From positions 1-28,514 of the forward strand of contig CAYSHM010000031.1 in the NCBI GenBank assembly GCA_964430885.1: a stretch of 28,514 bases of DNA, in the 5' to 3' direction. Within the stretch, counting starts at the first letter, position 1. Every line of letters begins with the position of its first letter. Both the position numbers and the translations under genes were made by a program. Below the pieces are notes generated by a model. It was not told the origin of the DNA. It did not search any database and saw nothing but the letters and a program-made list of their open reading frames with translations. Below, piece by piece: positions 1 through 7,692 of this stretch. The stretch is from an uncultured archaeon. GTDB lineage: Archaea; Thermoplasmatota; Penumbrarchaeia; JASLWR01.

Positions 1-137
1 AGAAAGCCACTGCAAAGAAGGCGGTCCCTAAGAAGAAAGCCACTGCAAAGAAGGCAGACCCTAAGAAGAAAGCCACTGCAAAGAAGGCGGTCCCTAAGAA
101 GAAAGCCACTGCAAAGAAGGCGGTCCCTAAGAAGAAA
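1..137 (+). repeat. 33-bp coding tandem repeat (AAGAAGAAAGCCACTGCAAAGAAGGCGGTCCCT), at least 4 copies
   Basis: Units at 1-29 (truncated), 30-62 (variant GCAGAC for GCGGTC), 63-95, 96-128, and a partial unit at 129-137. Confidence 0.95.
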
Positions 138-230
138 GAGAATGCTAAGGAAAAGAAGAAATCAAAAGGAAAAAAGGGCAAACCTGAATTTAATTCACCA
201 GGTCCTCTTTCATTTGTAGGGAAAAAATGA
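1..230 (+). CDS. 3' end of a protein with a histone H1-like Lys/Ala-rich C-terminal tail (5' part outside window)
   Basis: Frame 3 is open from the window edge to TGA at 228-230. It reads (KKKATAKKA[V/D]P)n-KKKENAKEKKKSKGKKGKPEFNSPGPLSFVGKK*. Not in the ORF track because it has no start in the window. Confidence 0.75.
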   Translation, partial: KATAKKAVPKKKATAKKADPKKKATAKKAVPKKKATAKKAVPKKKENAKEKKKSKGKKGKPEFNSPGPLSFVGKK

Positions 231-263
231 TTTTCCCAGAGTTATTGTATTAAGAAAAAAAAG

Positions 264-386
264 TCCCGTCTCCCGGATTTGAACCGGGGGTCTGCGGATG
301 GCTATTGGCTGACGGATGGGATCAAAACCCTTATTGATCAAAACCAACTACAGTCCGCCGCATTAGCCAGTCTATGCTAAGACGGG
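264..386 (-). tRNA. tRNA-Tyr(GTA) with a 48-nt canonical 37/38 intron (300-347); CCA not encoded
   Basis: Minus strand: CCCGTCT/AGACGGG acceptor stem (C1-G72, A73, the archaeal Tyr identity), anticodon arm GCGGA-CT-GTA-G^A-TCCGC, T-arm CCCGG-TTCAAAT-CCGGG. Bulge-helix-bulge: CTGT/ATAG helix with AGT and CCA bulges. A T8 run follows. Confidence 0.97.
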
Positions 387-533
387 ATGCGGTTTTTTAA
401 TAACTTAGCCCACAATAATCAATATTCTATAAAAAAATTTTTATTGTGGATAGTTGAAAGGATAATACTCTTAATTTTAAGGCGTTTGTGGTTGTTTAGT
501 AGACCATGACCAATTATACTGAATGTCAGATAA

Positions 534-1079
534 TTAATCATCAAGTAATAATTCTAGATAGCTCTTCCTTATATGTCCCTCTAACCCTAATGTTTTGGCA
601 ACATCCATTATTTGATTCTCATAGCCATAGGGATCTTCAATATTTACCATCCGTTCAATTTCCACAAACCACCCCAAACCTTTTACATTATCCAAGCATA
701 CCAAAGTTTCACTGAGATTATACTTGTATCTGTCCTTTTCCACTACTTTTACCTCAATGAAACCCAGGGCGGTGAGCATCTCCTTCAATTTCAATGGTTC
801 TTTGATAGATACCTCATATTCTTTCCTGGCTTTACCGAATAATCCTTCTAACTTTTTGCTCTTATAGGTCAGTACATAATTCTCCTTTTCTCTATTCTCA
901 TGTTTCTTGATAAACCTGATTCTTAATGCTTCATCAGTTTGACTAAAATCCCTAGATGGATGGTTATAATAATGATCTCTTTGAGTGACTGCTTCCAGGA
1001 AATCTCCTCCTGAACCGAGTATTCTTTCCTTTATTATATCCATATCATAAACTCGAAATTTCAATTCCGCTTCTATCAA
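534..1079 (-). CDS. cyaB: CYTH-domain protein (class IV adenylate cyclase / triphosphate tunnel metalloenzyme)
   Basis: N-terminal ExExK (EAELK), QRDHYY, DEALRIR, LTYK, ARKEYE, CLDNVKGLGWFVEIE, and C-terminal KSYLELL. TTG start with GGTGA SD at 1087-1091. Confidence 0.9.
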   Translation of the reverse strand: MIEAELKFRVYDMDIIKERILGSGGDFLEAVTQRDHYYNHPSRDFSQTDEALRIRFIKKHENREKENYVLTYKSKKLEGLFGKARKEYEVSIKEPLKLKEMLTALGFIEVKVVEKDRYKYNLSETLVCLDNVKGLGWFVEIERMVNIEDPYGYENQIMDVAKTLGLEGHIRKSYLELLLDD

Positions 1080-1209
1080 TTAATACTCACCATTATGAAC
1101 CTTTGAATAAACCAATATTGATAAATCGATAATAATTTGGAATATAGATAATAAAATGAAGGAGCAGGGCCGACGTTCGCTTTGTATTCCTATAAATTAT
1201 AATAATTCC

Positions 1210-4200
1210 CTACTCCTCATCGCTTAGACCGCTGATCATATCATCCAGCATACTGATCCCTTCTTCATCGTTCTCTCCTTCAGCCAACTCCTCTTCATCG
1301 TCTTTAATTTCCTCGTTCTCTTCGTAGTCGTCATCCGGCATCTCCGAAGCATCAGTCACATCAGTTTCAAATGATGAGTCAACCATCTCCTCCTCCTTTT
1401 CATCATTTGTAATCTCATCTTCAATCTCTGCGTCATCATGATCATCGGAGGAGGGTTCAGGTGTTGAAGGTTCAGGATCTGCAGGTGGCTCTTCAACAGC
1501 TTCATCCACATCAGGACTAGGTTCGGGCATTTCTTCAATTTCTTCTGGATGGCCAATCTCTTCTTCAGGTGCTAATGGTCCACTTTCATCCAATTCAGGA
1601 GGTAAATAATCCATTTCAGCTTCAGGTTCTTGAATCGGTGGTGATTGGATTGTATCATCCGGTGGAGCTATATGCTCTTCATGGTCTCCCTCCGGTTGAT
1701 CATTTTCCTCATCCAAAGGCCCATCTGACGGGGCTGTACTTGCCTCGGATTTTATAGGAGGTGGCGGTAAGGATGCCCGGCCTTTCACAGGTGCAGGGGC
1801 TTGGGGTAGGGCCTTGGTTCCATCTTTGTTCAAAGCACCGGAAGCAAGCTGAGGAGTTCCCTCCCTTTTTCTTAGCTGCATCTGGGCCTTATATTTCTTT
1901 AAAGCGGAATCCAAATCATTATTCACACTTTCGAAGGATATCCTTTCCAAACTAGATGCTGTAACCATGTAAATGTTTTCTTCAGGTGGCAGGAGTAATT
2001 CATTATCCTTTTCTTTTAGGATACTATCAAGTCTCCGGCTCTCTTCCTTTGATTTCTTACGCCTTTTCAAAATGAGAACCAGCAATATGATCAATGTTAA
2101 TAATAGAATAAGGCCGGCCAATATTAGGTATATATTCGATCCTAGTGATGAGACCCAATCTTCTTTCTCCGTTTCACTGCTCTTGAAGTTCAGTTCTTCA
2201 GAGGATACTCTAGATCCGTTCATGGATTCCGCCCACATTACAATATACATATCATCCTCTTCAACATCATTGGTCCAGAGACTATTCAGGGATAATGAGA
2301 ATTTAGTAACATTACCTGCGCTCAGGTTGAGAGTGGTTTTCTCCAAATAAATATAATCTGACAATGGGCCGGTTATTTTCAGCTTAATTTTAAGATCATC
2401 ATCACCGTAGTTGGCAGCATAGCCAACAATTGAATTTGGTGAATTTTCCCTGAACTCGTACAAATAATTTGGAACTTCGAATCCCACTACTATATTGAAA
2501 ACGGATATATGGATCCGGGGTGCTGGGTCTGCCAAGTCGGTTTTAACAATTCCATCATCTGCTCGGATCTCTATCCGGTAGGTTGTATTGCCGGGAAGGG
2601 ATTGCTTTATGGTATAAGGCGGATTCTTAACATGGGTCCAATCCAGAACCACCTGAGAATTGTCATCGTCAGAAACCAATCTAATTTCATATTCCAGAGG
2701 AACGGATGAGTACTTTGGGTCGGTATATTTGGCTGCGGTCCAGTTCAGGACTGGTTTAGTATCCGTTGTAAAGGTTGGACCATTATAGATCGGAAGCCTG
2801 ATGTTCGGTACCGGTATTATGGTCATCACATCATGGTATACATCGGAATACAAATCCCCGTCGTAGGATTTCAACTGTATGTAATAATCCCCTGGAATTA
2901 ATATGTCGTCTATGGTGAATACTGTTTCTTTTGCCAGATATGTCCATGGTAAGATATTTCCGTTATCAGATGCATTGCCAATTTGAATCCAATAGTAGAC
3001 ATCATCACCGTTCAGATCTTCTGCATCATAGAATTTTATTGTTGGGGTTGTATCGTATGTTGTTAGGTCATCAAGAGGGATATTGGGTTCAGGTAGTAAT
3101 TCTATTATATTCGGAGCAAAGGGTTTTATGTTCTTTGATGGATCTAAAACCTGAATCGTCTGTTCCCTGACCGGTGAATTTTCCTCCCCGTCTGAGGCCA
3201 TAACTTGTACATAAAATGTCCCATATGACAATCTGAAAGGCAGTTTGTAAAAATTATGTGTACTGGTTTCCGTCCATGAGAGAATCTCGTTGCCGTGCCA
3301 ATCGGAGCCTATCTGAATGAAATATGTCAGAACGGAGTTCAGATCCAGGTCTGAGCTATGTTCCCATGATATTACAGGTTGTCTTTCAATTGTATATATT
3401 GGCGATATTGGACCTGGCATGGAAGGCGGCTGGTTTCCCGTTAAAGATATTGCCATTAAAGACTCCTTTATTTCGGATCTGTATTCACCATCACTGCATC
3501 TTACTTGAATGTGATATTCACCTGTATCCAAGACTTTTTCGATCTGATATTCCGCTTCTGTTCCGGTGCTGTACCAGGCCAGGATGGTGTTGTCTCCAGA
3601 AGTGAGGCCGATCTGGATCTCGTAGGTAAGTTCATCATATGGGGTCATATCGTCCAGAGCGCCCCACCATGAGATCAGCGGCATTACCTGTGTTGTGAAC
3701 CGCGGATAAATATTGCTAGGTGCTGAGGGATGAGCGTTAAAGAATAATTCGAGCTCTTGATCCATTACAATTGTGTGGTTACCCAGCCAAATATCACCAA
3801 CGTTCACTATGATGCTGTATGATCCGGGTTCGAAGTCATTTGAGGGGTCAAAGGAAAAATGAAACCTGAAGGTTGAATTGTTCACATTTGTCAGGAACTG
3901 GAGCGTCTCATTTTCATTAAAAGATTCACTATTAAAAATTGTGGATGATCCTCCCTCTTCATCTTCAAACTGAATGAGTATTGTGAACTCCTCCACATCA
4001 TTTGTGTCAATATCCAGAAATTCAAAGGAGATATCACAATGCTCGTCGCCGTAAATGTTCATTAATGTTTTGGATATTGACTGTAGGGTTATCTCGGGGC
4101 TAGTGTTGTTGTAAATGAATAGGATGTCGGTATTTTCATCAAAATCTTGGAAATTGAAATCTGAATCACCATCGCTGATGCCGAAGAACAGATCATAGTA

Positions 4201-5877
4201 ACCATCAGGAAAACAACATTCTAAGTCAATTGATAATTCAACATGCCAATCTCCAGCTCGAACTTTGCTTATTGTCAGTCCTTCATAATCTGAGGATATG
4301 TTTTCCAATATTATCCAGGTTCTGTTCATCTCGTCCCGTATCTTTACAGTTATGGTAAAAACTGAAGGATCTATTGCATCGGGATCATTGATTTCGGTCT
4401 CAATTATAAAGGGTTTGTCCCCAGTAAGATTTATTGAATCGCATGAGCAGGTGATATCCATGATCATCGGTACATATTTTTTCACGATTTGGACGCTTTG
4501 GCTGATATTGAATAATGTGTTATCTATCTCCTGCTGTCCGGATTCATTTATTATTATCAATAAGGAATAATTCCCTTCATCCATCTGTTCGGGATTTGAA
4601 GGGGTCCATACATATTCCGCCATATAGTTCAGGTTCTGGCGAGATAATATGAGTTCAGTATCATTTTTCTTGTTATCGAGGACAGTAATATTCTGGTCCT
4701 CGCCGATAAGTAATAATGTGAAATAATAATCGTCAACGCTTTGTTCATCAATATCATGGAACGTAATGTTCAAATACAAACCTCGATGATCCATTACGTT
4801 GACTGGAGTTTTTTCAAAATGAATTGGCAGTCCTTCCAGATAGGGCGAATACGACAATACGGTCACATTTCCCTCATTGTCATCGAACCTGACATTTCCC
4901 GATACGCCAAATCTCCAGACTATTATTCCTATGTCCATGGGACCGAAAGGAATATTGTTATCAGGGGTCCAATTGTAATAGAAATTGAATCGATTGTCGT
5001 TGATCTTCCGAACTCTCAGGGTTGTAAACCCGCTTGTCTGGTTGTCCACTAATATATGTTCATCAGAATCCTCATCTCTAACGCTTATCGTAACTTTATA
5101 TTCATACGGATCATGGCCAGTACGGTCCAAAAAGTCACCTGTTATATTCGTGGAACCATTGTATCGATATATCTCATTGGGGGTTGCAGAGATGGAAATC
5201 TGATCTACCATAATAATCGGATCGGCCCTGATCTCGACATCATCAATTGCCCAATACTCCTGATTTGAAGAACTGGAGAACCTGAAACGTATCCTGAAGT
5301 TTGGATTCCAATCATATTGTGAAATATCATATTGATATCTATTGAACTGCTGGTGGTCTTTTAGCTGGTCCCCGTTCCATGATTTCAGAACTGTCCAATT
5401 AGTACCGCTGTTTCCCGATACCTCTAAAAAATATAGATCCTGAGCCTCGGTCTCAACAGTTCTCTGATAAACAATGATAGTTGCACCTGTAAATCCGATC
5501 AAATTGATATCCTGGGTAAGGGTTAGTTTTCTGTTATTGGCTTCAGCTGCACCATTTGCCCTATAGGTGCCGGTTCTTGGGTTCTGATTGGATACTGACC
5601 ATCCGTTTTCAGCATGCCATTTCCCCTCTAAAAATTCTCCATCTTCAAAACCTTCGAAGAACACTGCTTCATCCCTGGTACTCCTTCCATTTTTCACCAA
5701 AGAGGATTCATCATGTTCAATCACCGCTCCATTTTCACATTCCCGGCAGTCATTGTCCGACAAAGGGCCAACTTGGACATTCGAATATCTGGTTACCCAA
5801 AATCCTGGTATCAGTAAAATTGAGATCAGTATTATAATAGAGGCAATCTTTCTACATGTAGACATATTCATCACCAT
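1210..5877 (-). CDS. Giant type I membrane-anchored surface protein: signal peptide, jelly-roll domain, ~4 Ig-like repeats, ~4 FN3-like repeats, TM helix, Pro-rich then acidic cytoplasmic tail
   Basis: Hydrophobic N-terminus; FFEGFEDG...WAIDDVEI domain; repeated P-x-ISW...LTYxIQIG...GxYxIQVxxSDG units; TM IYLILAGLILLLTLIILLVLIL followed by KRRKK; many NxS/T sequons. True start may be the ATG at 5865 (GGTGA 5 nt upstream). Confidence 0.85.
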   Translation of the reverse strand: MVMNMSTCRKIASIIILISILLIPGFWVTRYSNVQVGPLSDNDCRECENGAVIEHDESSLVKNGRSTRDEAVFFEGFEDGEFLEGKWHAENGWSVSNQNPRTGTYRANGAAEANNRKLTLTQDINLIGFTGATIIVYQRTVETEAQDLYFLEVSGNSGTNWTVLKSWNGDQLKDHQQFNRYQYDISQYDWNPNFRIRFRFSSSSNQEYWAIDDVEIRADPIIMVDQISISATPNEIYRYNGSTNITGDFLDRTGHDPYEYKVTISVRDEDSDEHILVDNQTSGFTTLRVRKINDNRFNFYYNWTPDNNIPFGPMDIGIIVWRFGVSGNVRFDDNEGNVTVLSYSPYLEGLPIHFEKTPVNVMDHRGLYLNITFHDIDEQSVDDYYFTLLLIGEDQNITVLDNKKNDTELILSRQNLNYMAEYVWTPSNPEQMDEGNYSLLIIINESGQQEIDNTLFNISQSVQIVKKYVPMIMDITCSCDSINLTGDKPFIIETEINDPDAIDPSVFTITVKIRDEMNRTWIILENISSDYEGLTISKVRAGDWHVELSIDLECCFPDGYYDLFFGISDGDSDFNFQDFDENTDILFIYNNTSPEITLQSISKTLMNIYGDEHCDISFEFLDIDTNDVEEFTILIQFEDEEGGSSTIFNSESFNENETLQFLTNVNNSTFRFHFSFDPSNDFEPGSYSIIVNVGDIWLGNHTIVMDQELELFFNAHPSAPSNIYPRFTTQVMPLISWWGALDDMTPYDELTYEIQIGLTSGDNTILAWYSTGTEAEYQIEKVLDTGEYHIQVRCSDGEYRSEIKESLMAISLTGNQPPSMPGPISPIYTIERQPVISWEHSSDLDLNSVLTYFIQIGSDWHGNEILSWTETSTHNFYKLPFRLSYGTFYVQVMASDGEENSPVREQTIQVLDPSKNIKPFAPNIIELLPEPNIPLDDLTTYDTTPTIKFYDAEDLNGDDVYYWIQIGNASDNGNILPWTYLAKETVFTIDDILIPGDYYIQLKSYDGDLYSDVYHDVMTIIPVPNIRLPIYNGPTFTTDTKPVLNWTAAKYTDPKYSSVPLEYEIRLVSDDDNSQVVLDWTHVKNPPYTIKQSLPGNTTYRIEIRADDGIVKTDLADPAPRIHISVFNIVVGFEVPNYLYEFRENSPNSIVGYAANYGDDDLKIKLKITGPLSDYIYLEKTTLNLSAGNVTKFSLSLNSLWTNDVEEDDMYIVMWAESMNGSRVSSEELNFKSSETEKEDWVSSLGSNIYLILAGLILLLTLIILLVLILKRRKKSKEESRRLDSILKEKDNELLLPPEENIYMVTASSLERISFESVNNDLDSALKKYKAQMQLRKREGTPQLASGALNKDGTKALPQAPAPVKGRASLPPPPIKSEASTAPSDGPLDEENDQPEGDHEEHIAPPDDTIQSPPIQEPEAEMDYLPPELDESGPLAPEEEIGHPEEIEEMPEPSPDVDEAVEEPPADPEPSTPEPSSDDHDDAEIEDEITNDEKEEEMVDSSFETDVTDASEMPDDDYEENEEIKDDEEELAEGENDEEGISMLDDMISGLSDEE

Positions 5878-6018
5878 TATTACAGGTAAAAATCTACTAA
5901 TTCAGTTATTTGAATATACATTCCCTTTCATTTTAAATTTTCTGCATTCTTAACTTGACTAAATCTATTAATAAAATTCTGAAGCATGTTGATAATTGCT
6001 ATGACATTTTGAGATATG

Positions 6019-6798
6019 CTATCCTGATGCAGCTTTTTTACACGTACAGTCATCCTGTTTGGGCATTTTTTCCAATATCTTGTTCAATGCTTTGGCCAAG
6101 TTGCCCACCATAGAGTTGACCATCAGAAGAGTTGTTTCATGGGTAATGAGTTCATCGGTCATACCTGCTCCATAGTTCACTGGTAAAAGGATAGGTGTAT
6201 AACAAATGCCTAGTTCCCGGGCAAGTTTGCATTCAGGTCCGATGGTCATTCCAACGAATGAAAATCCCAGGGTTTGGAATAATTTGATCTCTGCCTTGGT
6301 TTCAAAGGTTGGACCGGATAGACAGATATATGTGCCACCATACTGATAATCTATACCGAGATAATTGAATGTTCCTTTGATATGCTGTATAAGATTCATA
6401 CAGAATGGATCGGACATATCAGTATGGACTATTCCTTCATCAGCACCGTTGTAATAGCTGTAAACGCTTTTTGTCATGTCAATGAGCTGATCAGGGATGG
6501 TCAATATTCCCAATTTACATTTCAATTTCAATACTCCGACAGCTGAAGTTGCTATTATCTGCTCCACATTCAGGTCCGCCATGGCCCTGATATTCGCTTT
6601 GTAATTGACCGCGTGAGGAGGATATTGCACATCCGAACCGTGCCTTGAAATGAAGGCAATATCAACTTCCCCCAATTTTCCCATAATTACTTTTACATCA
6701 CCGTATCTTGTTTGAATAATATTTCCCTGTGGGTCTTTTATGCCCTCAAGACTTTCATAAAGCCCGGAACCGCCAATTATTCCTATCATTAGTTTCAC
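6019..6798 (-). CDS. MTAP/PNP-family purine nucleoside phosphorylase, 6-oxopurine type (methylthioinosine or inosine/guanosine phosphorylase)
   Basis: IGIIGGSGLY, SRHG...PPHAVNYKANI, ATSAVG, PDQLID, GPTFETKAEI, VGMT..PE.KLARELGICY. The base-specificity loop is VNYGAG (Asn), not the TDYD of MTAP. Confidence 0.9.
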   Translation of the reverse strand: MKLMIGIIGGSGLYESLEGIKDPQGNIIQTRYGDVKVIMGKLGEVDIAFISRHGSDVQYPPHAVNYKANIRAMADLNVEQIIATSAVGVLKLKCKLGILTIPDQLIDMTKSVYSYYNGADEGIVHTDMSDPFCMNLIQHIKGTFNYLGIDYQYGGTYICLSGPTFETKAEIKLFQTLGFSFVGMTIGPECKLARELGICYTPILLPVNYGAGMTDELITHETTLLMVNSMVGNLAKALNKILEKMPKQDDCTCKKAASG

Positions 6799-7265
6799 CG
6801 TTGTATTTTTTGGTTAATAAATTCCTCTACATATTCAATAATCTCAGTATTATCAGTATATTCCTTTATTATGAGATTGTCATCCCTACAGCCAGCGATC
6901 ATCGCCGACAATCTAGTTCCACGGGGGTCAAACAATACCAACACGGGTATTTTTTTTACAAATAGTGCGTACGAAACCTCAAATCCTGCACCTATGCTGG
7001 GCCCGGATAGTTCAGCTATTACACAGTCGGCTGATTCCAACCACTTAATATCTCTATTATATATGTCCTCATCGGACATCTTCTCCAGCTGCTGCGTATC
7101 ATTCAAATCCAAAGTCTGAGGTCCCGCAATTTCACTAAGGGCTGAGGCACCTAGGGAATGGACGGTCTCGATAATGAACTGATAATTCCTCCTAAATTCC
7201 CTGTTTCCTCTGATAGGACCAGCACAGTAAACCCTTGTTTTATTCAATTCAATTCCCTCTTTCAT
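6795..7265 (-). CDS. DNPH1/Rcl-like 2'-deoxynucleoside 5'-phosphate N-glycosidase (nucleoside 2-deoxyribosyltransferase family)
   Basis: YCAGPIRG, IYNRDIKWLESADCVIAE, PSIGAGFE and LSAMIAG match the DNPH1 motifs YFCGSIRG, DLEWL..ADVVVAE, PSLGVGYE and LSAMIRG. Overlaps the next gene by 4 nt (GTGA). Confidence 0.88.
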   Translation of the reverse strand: MKEGIELNKTRVYCAGPIRGNREFRRNYQFIIETVHSLGASALSEIAGPQTLDLNDTQQLEKMSDEDIYNRDIKWLESADCVIAELSGPSIGAGFEVSYALFVKKIPVLVLFDPRGTRLSAMIAGCRDDNLIIKEYTDNTEIIEYVEEFINQKIQR

Positions 7266-7376
7266 TCTGCCTCAATATTGACCTTATCATTAATGATGTG
7301 AATAATGATGAAATAATCTGAAAAAATTTAAAAAAGTCTATTAATAATGATCAATTGTGTGCCAGAATCTACAAGT

Positions 7377-7688
7377 TCAGCAGCCCTGGGTCGGTCCTAT
7401 CCAAAAACCTTTAAATTCATCCGACGAACTGGACCATTCAATTTTAATATCGTCCACTCTTCCATAAGGCTGTTCTTCAGTGCATTTTCTTATGGTATCT
7501 TCGATGTTCTCTTTCTTTCCCTCGAAAACAGCTTTGACACTGCCGTCAAGGCAGTTGATAACATATCCCTTCACTACGTTCTTTTCAGCAAATTTCTTTG
7601 TGTTTGCTCTGAAAAAAACACCTTGAACCTTTCCTCTGAATCTGACTGTAGCTCTAGTTAGTTCGTGGTTCTGATCATTACAAGCTAT
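7377..7688 (-). CDS. acyP: Acylphosphatase (start uncertain; extends upstream of the tracked 65-aa ORF)
   Basis: The frame continues upstream of the GTG at 7574 with RATVRFRGKVQGVFFRANT (signature with catalytic Arg), then GYVINCLDGSVKAVFEG (catalytic Asn). Coordinate 7688 assumes an ATA start. Confidence 0.85.
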   Translation of the reverse strand: MACNDQNHELTRATVRFRGKVQGVFFRANTKKFAEKNVVKGYVINCLDGSVKAVFEGKKENIEDTIRKCTEEQPYGRVDDIKIEWSSSSDEFKGFWIGPTQGC

Positions 7689-7692
7689 GAAT

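Noticed and set aside
1-137. 33-bp repeats as a CRISPR array
   Set aside because: The units are contiguous with no unique spacers, are a multiple of 3 and encode a coherent peptide; no cas genes are present.
264-300. tRNA 3' end as an integration (att) site
   Set aside because: I found no second copy of the tRNA end and no integrase in the window.
1160-1191. GC-richer hairpin (AGGA-GCAGGGC...GCTTTGT-A-TTCCT) in the AT-rich spacer as an sRNA
   Set aside because: It is short, relies on several G-U pairs, and lacks clear K-turn, C/D or ACA geometry.
7347-7661. Plus-strand 104-aa ORF
   Set aside because: Antisense shadow of the acylphosphatase, which has the recognisable motifs.
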